Source: Deinococcales bacterium (GTDB lineage Bacteria; Deinococcota; Deinococci; Deinococcales; JAAFIG01). Taken from it: a stretch of DNA of 64,000 nucleotides. The position numbers and the translations under genes were made by a program. Of the stretch, positions 57,489 to 64,000 are shown in pieces. The notes beneath the pieces were generated by a model. It was not told the origin of the DNA, searched no databases, and saw nothing but the letters and a program-made list of their open reading frames with translations. The stretch is taken from the NCBI GenBank assembly GCA_043775825.1, contig JAYVRX010000108.1, positions 1,764-65,763 on the forward strand, read 5' to 3'. Every line of letters starts with the position of its first letter. The stretch's first letter is position 1.

Positions 57489-58048
57489 TCGACCATCACC
57501 TTCCCCTCGAGCAGCCCCGCCAAGATTTCTTTACCGCGAAACACCCGCGATTTTGCCGTGCCGATGGCACAATTTTGTGTGATTGCAATTTCTTCGTAAC
57601 TCAGTTCGTCCATAAAACGCAAAATCACAGCCGAGCGGTATTCTTCGGGCAACTCGAGCAGTGCTGCACGAACCTTTTCGGCATTTTCGTTATATTCGGC
57701 GCTGGCTTGCGGACCATCGGTGAACGCCATCGGTTCAAAACCCGAATCGCCCGCTTCTTCAATCGAAAACTGGCTGTGTTGCTTGCGGCGGTGCTTTTCG
57801 ATCTGACAATTGCGGGCAATCGCGTACAACCAAGGCAGAAACTCTTCGCCAGGTTTGAAGGTTTTTATGCCCTTCCAAGCCCGAAAAAAGGTTTCCTGGG
57901 TTAAATCCAGCGCATCAGGGTAAGACCCCTCGAGGTGAAACAAATAATTGACCATGCGATCTTGATGCTCGAGAATCAAGGACTCCCAGCTTGTTTGATC
58001 GCCAGTTTTTAATTTCTCGAGGTTGACTGAATTCATCTCATAGCTCAT
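57485..58048 (-). CDS. ECF RNA polymerase sigma factor
   Basis: DLTQETF, WLYAIARN, LPEEYR, SYEEIA, GTAKSRVFRG; true start may be ATG 58036. Confidence 0.92.
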   Translation of the reverse strand: MSYEMNSVNLEKLKTGDQTSWESLILEHQDRMVNYLFHLEGSYPDALDLTQETFFRAWKGIKTFKPGEEFLPWLYAIARNCQIEKHRRKQHSQFSIEEAGDSGFEPMAFTDGPQASAEYNENAEKVRAALLELPEEYRSAVILRFMDELSYEEIAITQNCAIGTAKSRVFRGKEILAGLLEGKVMVE

Positions 58049-58073
58049 ACGTGAGTTTTATTGTAGAAGTTCC
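58048..58073 (-). promoter_or_regulatory. Putative autoregulatory ECF promoter GGAAC-N17-CGTA
   Basis: Minus strand GGAAC (58073..58069), 17 nt, CGTA (58051..58048); matches the general ECF AAC/CGT consensus. Confidence 0.6.
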
Positions 58074-58140
58074 CGAGCGGCTTGGATAGGGGAGGACAGT
58101 TGGGGTTGAGTAAAACTTGGTTACCTTCTCATAATCTCTC

Positions 58141-59124
58141 ATGCAGCGCCTCGAGAATGCTGGTGTGAAAAGTGTTGCTCGAGGTTTATTGGTTTTGGCT
58201 GCCGTTTTGGTTTTAGCGTATTTGATTTGGAATCCAGGTTCTAGCGTTACTTACGGTCAACACGATCTGGGACGCAACGGAATTTGGCTTGGACACGGTT
58301 GGCTTGGTGATGACGATTGGTTTAACGAAAACGCTCGAGATACAACAAAATTTCGATCTCGAGTCGCAATTCTCGCACTCAAAAACGAACTCGATTCGCA
58401 TGGAATTCGGGATGTGTTTGGGCATCTCACGCCAACGAATTTAGATGGCAAGATTCCAGAAGTAGATGCAAACCAAACCAAATTGTTTCTCGAGTTGCTT
58501 CCCAACAAGCGGGTCATGCCTTGGCTTGGTGGTGTGACTGGTAAAACAGTTTTCTTATCCTCGAGCCAATGGCGCAAAAACTTTGTCTCGAGCACCAAAA
58601 ACCTGCTCGAGCGATTCCCAGATTTTGCTGGAGTTCATCTCGATTTTGAACCGCTGCCCAATCAAGACCAAGGTTTTCTCGAGTTGCTGCTGGAGCTTCG
58701 AGTGGCAATCGGTACGAGCAAATTGATTTCTGTTGCCACACCAATTCCAAAAGTTGGATTTTGGGGTTGGGACAAAAGCATGTTTTTAAAAGTCTCGAGC
58801 AATACTGATCAAATCGTACCAATGCTTTATGACACGCATATCCCGCTCGAGAAACCTTATGTTGCATTGATGGCATTCTGGACTCGAGAAATTCTTGATT
58901 GGAGCAATGGCAAAGAAGTTTTACTGGGCGTTCCAGCCTGGGACGAACCCACAGCATCACACAAACCGAAAGTCGAAAATCTTAAAAATGCCCTGCGCGG
59001 AATTCATGCGGCGCTCGAGTCTGAAATACCAAAGAATTATGCTGGGATCGCGCTGTATGCGCACTTTACAATGAAAGCCTCGAGATGGAAGGTGCTCGAG
59101 ACCGAATTTAACCGCAAGCCGTAA
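58141..59124 (+). CDS. Membrane-anchored GH18-like TIM-barrel protein
   Basis: N-terminal TM, GVHLDFEP, DQIVPMLYD, LLGVPAW. Confidence 0.65.
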   Translation: MQRLENAGVKSVARGLLVLAAVLVLAYLIWNPGSSVTYGQHDLGRNGIWLGHGWLGDDDWFNENARDTTKFRSRVAILALKNELDSHGIRDVFGHLTPTNLDGKIPEVDANQTKLFLELLPNKRVMPWLGGVTGKTVFLSSSQWRKNFVSSTKNLLERFPDFAGVHLDFEPLPNQDQGFLELLLELRVAIGTSKLISVATPIPKVGFWGWDKSMFLKVSSNTDQIVPMLYDTHIPLEKPYVALMAFWTREILDWSNGKEVLLGVPAWDEPTASHKPKVENLKNALRGIHAALESEIPKNYAGIALYAHFTMKASRWKVLETEFNRKP

Positions 59125-59148
59125 TTTAGCGTTTTTTGGTCGCTCGAG
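59122..59148 (+). repeat. Direct repeat copy 1 flanking GH5 gene
   Basis: TAATTTAGCGTTTTTTGGTCGCTCGAG; 26/27 identical to 60758..60784. Confidence 0.8.
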
Positions 59149-59228
59149 TCTTTAAATTTGCCCTTCAAGAACCATGTATCACAAGCGAAGCCTCGAGCAC
59201 CACACGACACTGGCTTGGATGTAACAGT

Positions 59229-60650
59229 TCACTTAAATAACGTGTTCAACAAATTGGTACGCCACGCTTTGTTCACTGGATCGTACAAACCGGCGTTGTA
59301 ATGAAACTCCCAGTATGCCCAACTGATGCCTCGTTTTTCGGCTTCTTCGCGCACGAATTTTGTCCAACGAACTCGAGAAGCCATGTCCGCAAATTCAAAC
59401 GCACCAAATTCGCCCATAAAAATCGGACGCTTGTTGGCTTGTCCCCAAGCGGCAGCGGTGTTTAAAACATCACGAATCTGCCCTTCAGGATTCATAATTA
59501 AACTGGTTGTTCCATTTGTGCCAATCGCCTCGAGTTTTTGAAATGTAATTTTGGGGTTTTGGTCATAATAATTTTTTTGAACCCAGACATCTTGAAAGGC
59601 TGTACCATCGCCACAACTCGAGAGGGATACGTCTGTTGGAACGTTTGCCAAAGCCTGAACCCGAAAATACTTGGGTTGATTGTTGGTTGCACCATTTTTG
59701 ATGATGCAGCTTACGCCCAGTTCAACGTCACGGTTGGTTTGAATGCGCAAGCTCGAGTAACCACTCATTGGGCTATCGTTGTGTAGGTTCAATCCGCCGT
59801 TCTGCTCGAGGTATGTGACTTCTAGCCCAGATTGGCTCGGTGCAGTTTTCGCACCGAACGAGTAATCTTGCCAAGGTCGGTTAATCGAGATTTCTTGGGT
59901 GGGGAACAACACGCCTGTTGGTAATGCAGGAGTATACCAGGGTGCGCCCTGATGGGTGAACTCGACGGGTGCGTAATTGTGTACCGTAACGATCAAATTT
60001 TGGTCGTCTGGTAGACGTAAGTCTGCCAAACGGTTTGCACTGTTGTAACCAACCGAACCGATGATGACAGTACGATTCGGATTGGTTTTACGCACCACCG
60101 CTAGCGCCTCAGCCGCATATTGATTCCACAATGGCTCGAGTTTTTTTTCTGGTTCGTTATGCAATTCAAACAGAACGCTCGAGGGTTGAGACTTGTAACG
60201 TTCTGCGATTTGTGTCCAAAGTGCTAAAAAGCGTTCTTTATTGGCTTGGGGTTCGTCCATGAGTTCGTAGTAATGGTGAAAATCTACTATAATTGCCAAA
60301 CCACGCGAGGTTGCGGTCTGAACCGCCCAATCTACCCGTTCCATAAATGCTGGATCGAGCGTATAAGGTGCGGTTTTTGATGCGTGATTGCTAAATTTAA
60401 CAGGCAGGCGAATGGCTGTAAAGCCGGCAGTCTTGACCAGATCGAAGTACGTTTCCTCGAGCTTGGAAGCCCATTCGCCTTCGTTCGGAGCTTCGAGCGC
60501 ACTAAAATTGATGGTTTTTGCCAGGCGTTTGTTTGCCTCCAGTGCTGTGTTGTAGGCGATTTCGGAGGCGCTCAAGATTGGTGCGCCGTTTGAATTGCAG
60601 GCGAACACGAAGGTTGTGACAATGCAGACCGCTAGGTTTAATTTCCCCAT
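59229..60650 (-). CDS. Glycoside hydrolase family 5 lipoprotein with inserted beta domain
   Basis: Start MGKLN at 60650; lipobox FAC; IRLPV, HNEP acid/base, FTHQGAPW, MGEFG nucleophile, WAYWEF. Confidence 0.88.
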   Translation of the reverse strand: MGKLNLAVCIVTTFVFACNSNGAPILSASEIAYNTALEANKRLAKTINFSALEAPNEGEWASKLEETYFDLVKTAGFTAIRLPVKFSNHASKTAPYTLDPAFMERVDWAVQTATSRGLAIIVDFHHYYELMDEPQANKERFLALWTQIAERYKSQPSSVLFELHNEPEKKLEPLWNQYAAEALAVVRKTNPNRTVIIGSVGYNSANRLADLRLPDDQNLIVTVHNYAPVEFTHQGAPWYTPALPTGVLFPTQEISINRPWQDYSFGAKTAPSQSGLEVTYLEQNGGLNLHNDSPMSGYSSLRIQTNRDVELGVSCIIKNGATNNQPKYFRVQALANVPTDVSLSSCGDGTAFQDVWVQKNYYDQNPKITFQKLEAIGTNGTTSLIMNPEGQIRDVLNTAAAWGQANKRPIFMGEFGAFEFADMASRVRWTKFVREEAEKRGISWAYWEFHYNAGLYDPVNKAWRTNLLNTLFK

Positions 60651-60757
60651 ACTCGAGGTTAAAGTCTTTGAGTGAATCCAAACTGAGGTAAATATGAAAA
60701 TGCACTTTAGAAACTCATGAATGTCCGTTGCAGACATTTAGAGCATCCCGTAGGTAA

Positions 60758-60784
60758 TAATCTAGCGTTTTTTGGTCGCTCGAG
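60758..60784 (+). repeat. Direct repeat copy 2 flanking GH5 gene
   Basis: TAATCTAGCGTTTTTTGGTCGCTCGAG. Confidence 0.8.
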
Positions 60785-60943
60785 CCTTCAAAACTGTGGC
60801 ACAAGAAATCCCCGCGTGCTTGGCGACTTCTAAACTCGTGACGCGTCTGTCGCGTTCCATTTTCTTTTCAGACTTCCTGAATTTCAGCCGTTTGACTCCA
60901 ATTTAGTTCATTCTGACACTTGCAACCGCGTGAATGACAATCT

Positions 60944-62323
60944 TTAAACCGCAATCAGCTCGGCTTTTGATTTGCTGGCAATATTGGGAATCATGCTGCC
61001 ATGAGCGGTGAGCAAATCGTCAACCAGGTTGTGAATTTGATCCAAATCGAGTTCGGCTGCCGTGTGCGGGTCCATCATAGCGGCGTGATAAACGTGTTCG
61101 CGTTTGCCAGTCAGGGCAGCTTCGGCGGTCAGTTCTTGAACGTTCACGTTGGTTCGCATCATGGCGGCAAGTTGAGGGGGTAACATGCCAATTTTTGTTG
61201 GTTGAATACCGTTTTTGTCCACCAAGCATGGCACTTCAACGCAACAATCGGCGGGTAGATTGTCAATCAAACCCCTGTTTGGAACATTGCCGTAAATCAC
61301 CCTGGGTTGACCCGTTTCCAGGCTGTGAACAATCAAACTGCCGTATTCGGCGCTGCGTTTGACCTCGAGTTTTTTGTTTTCATCCTCGAGTTCAGCCCTT
61401 AAAGTTTCCCATTTGGCAATGTTCAGCTCGCAACGGCGGATGTATTCGTCAATCGGAATGTTGAAACGCTCGAGCAAATCTGGGCGGTTTCCTTTGATAA
61501 ACCACGGCGTGTACTCGGAAAAATGCTCAGACGATTCGGTGACAGAGTAACCAAAATGTTTTAAGACTTGATACCGCACGGCATCGGTCAACCCCCAAGG
61601 CATGTCGGCGGTCACACGGTGCGTGAACTTGCCGCGCTCGAGAAATTCGCGCAGTTTTGGGTACAGGTTTTCTTTTTTGCCGTCTTGGTGGTGACGCTCG
61701 AGGGTCAGATAAAACGCCATGTGGTTGATGCCCGCCACCAAATAATGGACTTCTTCTGGCGGAATGCCTAAATCTTGCGCCAGTTCTTTGGCGGTGTGCG
61801 GCACGCTGTGGCACAAGCCGACCAGTTTGATCTTGCTGGCTTTTGAAAGCGCCAAGCAATTGATTGCCATTGGGTTGACGTAATTCAGGTGCAGCACATC
61901 AGGGCAGACCCGTTCCATGATGCGGGTGTACTCGAGCAGCACGGGTATGGTGCGTAAGCCGCGCATGATACCGCCGATACCCAAAGTATCGGCAATGGTT
62001 TGTTGCAAACCGTGCTTTTTGGGAATCTCGAAATCGATCACGGTAGAGGGCTTGTAACCGCCGACTTGAATCATACTGATCGCATAATCAGCGCCGTCCA
62101 GTGCTTGAATTGGGTCGGTGGTGGCGACGATTTCGGGTTTGACCCCCAGGGCTTCTGAGATTTTTCGCGCCACGATCTGGGAGGTTTTCAAACGTTCAGG
62201 GTCAATGTCGAACAAAAAGATTCTCGAGTTTGAAAGTTCTGGGTAACTGAGAATGTCGCCCAGCAAATTCTTGGCAAAAACCGTGCTGCCCGCACCGATT
62301 AGGGTAATTTTGGCTTGTCTCAT
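60944..62323 (-). CDS. melA: GH4 alpha-galactosidase/alpha-glucosidase
   Basis: Start MRQAK at 62323 (AAGGAG RBS); IGAGS.VF, NYVNPM, GLCHSV, GINHMA, TESSEH. Confidence 0.88.
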   Translation of the reverse strand: MRQAKITLIGAGSTVFAKNLLGDILSYPELSNSRIFLFDIDPERLKTSQIVARKISEALGVKPEIVATTDPIQALDGADYAISMIQVGGYKPSTVIDFEIPKKHGLQQTIADTLGIGGIMRGLRTIPVLLEYTRIMERVCPDVLHLNYVNPMAINCLALSKASKIKLVGLCHSVPHTAKELAQDLGIPPEEVHYLVAGINHMAFYLTLERHHQDGKKENLYPKLREFLERGKFTHRVTADMPWGLTDAVRYQVLKHFGYSVTESSEHFSEYTPWFIKGNRPDLLERFNIPIDEYIRRCELNIAKWETLRAELEDENKKLEVKRSAEYGSLIVHSLETGQPRVIYGNVPNRGLIDNLPADCCVEVPCLVDKNGIQPTKIGMLPPQLAAMMRTNVNVQELTAEAALTGKREHVYHAAMMDPHTAAELDLDQIHNLVDDLLTAHGSMIPNIASKSKAELIAV

Positions 62324-62841
62324 AGGGTAAAACTCCTTTTTATAATGCTCAAAAAAACTCGAGAGACTGATTATCATTTTGGTTTGATCATTCTTGGGAA
62401 TGATCCTCGAGCTGCCAAGAAAAACCAGAAATTGGCTTTTTATAACTTCCCGATTTCAAGCTAATTCGGGTATTGTCACATCATTTCAGTTTGGCATGAC
62501 CTCACCGCACACAATCCCCGTACACTCCTTAAACCCAATCGGACACTTTCGACCCGTCAAATACATCTTCTCCAAACAACGCACAATCGCCTTTAAGCCC
62601 GTACTTGTACAAATCGTTACACCATTTTAACACCATGCCCGGTAACGCCCTCGTGACCTGCGGAAGGAAACTTGTGCTCAATCGGATTAAACCTCGAGCG
62701 GTACGGCGGATAATGCGTTGTCTGATTCTACTCACACGCAAGAAAAAAAACGAGTATACTACTGGTTCATTTCCAGCATTTTCAAGTTTGTTTGGGGCGG
62801 TCACTCGAGCAATAAACTTTTGGCATAGAGACGAGGCTTTG

Positions 62842-63135
62842 ATGTACGCACGAATCATTACCAGTCAATTGAAAATCGGAATGCTTCAACAAGCCATCAG
62901 CATCTGGCGGCAATCGATTGTGCCTAGCCTTAAAAACACCAAAGGTTTTCAAGGCGGTTACATGACCAGCGATCCAAACACGGGCAAGGGCATGGTCGTG
63001 ACCTTATGGGAAACCCAAGCCGATGCCAGCGCGATGGATTTGAGCGGGCTGTATCAACAGTCCATTGATTTGCTGGTCAATCTGTTGATCGCGCCGCCCA
63101 GCCGCGAACAACTCGAGGTGACCCTTAAAGTTTAA
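62842..63135 (+). CDS. ABM (dimeric alpha-beta barrel) family protein
   Basis: MYARI...GFQG...VTLWET pattern; GAGG RBS; 97 aa. Confidence 0.65.
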   Translation: MYARIITSQLKIGMLQQAISIWRQSIVPSLKNTKGFQGGYMTSDPNTGKGMVVTLWETQADASAMDLSGLYQQSIDLLVNLLIAPPSREQLEVTLKV

Positions 63136-63139
63136 GCAC

Positions 63140-64000
63140 TTAAATTTTGACCACGCCAGCCTGAACCACGCTGATTGGGTTGCTCGAGGCGACCCGATTT
63201 TTCCCATTGTTTTTTGCCTCGTACAAGGCAGTATCGGCGCGTTGCAAGAGTTTTGAAATACTTTCGTTGTTCTCGAGTTGTGCCACGCCCAAACTCAAGG
63301 TCACAGTTAAAGTTTCAGCCTCGAGTTTAAACGTGTGGTTAGCGATTTGCAGCCGAATTTTTTCGGCGACCACACTGGCTTCCTCGAGCGAGGCGTTTTT
63401 TAAAATCACCAAGAATTCTTCGCCGCCCCAACGCACCACCGTATCCACCGCCCGAACGGTACTTTTGGCGAGTGCGATGCCGTCCTTGAGCACCGTATCG
63501 CCGCCCGCATGACCGTAGGTGTCGTTGATGGTTTTAAAGTTGTCAAAATCGAATAAAACCAAGCTAAACGGGCGTCCATTTCGCAATGATTCCTTAAGGG
63601 CTTGCTCGAGCAGCGTCTCGCCGATGGAACGGGTTTGGGCTTCGGTTAGCGTGTCAACCGTGGCAAGTTTCTCGAGGCGTTTTTGGTACTGATTGATGGT
63701 TAAAAAACTCAAACCGAGCACCAATGCGGTGGCGAGCGTACCGACTGCCAGATTTAATAAAAATGAACGCAATAATGGCGCAAATGCTCCAGCCTCATCC
63801 TGTTCGATCAGCACAAACCAATCCAGTTCTGGAATGTACCTCGAATTGACCTGCACCACCGTGCTCGACTTTTGATACGAGGTACGCTGCGGGGTTTGGG
63901 TGTTGCCAAGAATCTGTGATGCGATGCTCGCCATGCCCTCGAGCTTGGCGATGTTGCCTTTTAACTGGAGTTGGCTGTTGTTTGCCAGCACGATATTGCC
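63140..64000 (-). CDS. Membrane sensor diguanylate cyclase, 5'-truncated by window edge
   Basis: Periplasmic segment, TM, DFDNFK.INDTYGH..GD, RWGGEEF, ADTALYEAK..GKNR. Confidence 0.9.
   Translation of the reverse strand, partial: GNIVLANNSQLQLKGNIAKLEGMASIASQILGNTQTPQRTSYQKSSTVVQVNSRYIPELDWFVLIEQDEAGAFAPLLRSFLLNLAVGTLATALVLGLSFLTINQYQKRLEKLATVDTLTEAQTRSIGETLLEQALKESLRNGRPFSLVLFDFDNFKTINDTYGHAGGDTVLKDGIALAKSTVRAVDTVVRWGGEEFLVILKNASLEEASVVAEKIRLQIANHTFKLEAETLTVTLSLGVAQLENNESISKLLQRADTALYEAKNNGKNRVASSNPISVVQAGVVKI

Noticed and set aside
62394-62830. Short ORFs in the melA-ABM intergenic region (possible gene remnant near 62529..62680)
   Set aside because: No convincing start, RBS or family motif; a pseudogene cannot be supported without a search.
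1-64000. CRISPR array, rRNA or tRNA genes
   Set aside because: No regularly spaced repeat-spacer array and no recognisable rRNA or tRNA motifs; CTCGAG spacing is irregular.

Overview
64 kb of bacterial chromosome, most likely Deinococcota (Deinococcales-like, moderate GC). This is inferred from Thermus/Deinococcus-type mglAB and from many leaderless genes with a TANNNT box 5-7 nt before the start codon. Core genes include ABC-F, pabB, cobalamin-riboswitch-controlled btuCDF, dcd, dgt, htpG, mglAB, DAHP synthase, sufCBD, msrA, a MoxR-DUF58-vWA operon, der, an acyl-CoA carboxylase beta subunit, an ECF sigma/anti-sigma pair, GH18-like/GH5/GH4 enzymes and a diguanylate cyclase. The strongest unexplained signal is the palindrome CTCGAG. 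It is highly iterated (about 1 per 50-110 bp in hand-counted core segments, versus about 1 per 4 kb by chance), occurs in all frames, forms terminator and riboswitch stems, and is scarce or absent in AT-rich accessory DNA, resembling cyanobacterial HIP1 or uptake sequences. Other notable items: (1) tandem lipoproteins fusing an active M8-like zinc protease to a pseudo-protease domain with His-to-Arg swaps; (2) an unannotated leaderless Tyr/Phe/Trp leader-peptide attenuator before DAHP synthase; (3) a TA array with a repeated antitoxin-toxin-antitoxin' pattern, a MITE and an AT-rich gene pair inserted inside the suf operon; (4) an anti-sigma factor with six repeats; (5) a sugar ABC transporter linked to an ArgH-like lyase; (6) a GTAG REP embedded in frame in pabB; (7) 22-bp bidirectional leaderless promoters. 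All family calls are from motif recognition by eye; no database searches were run.
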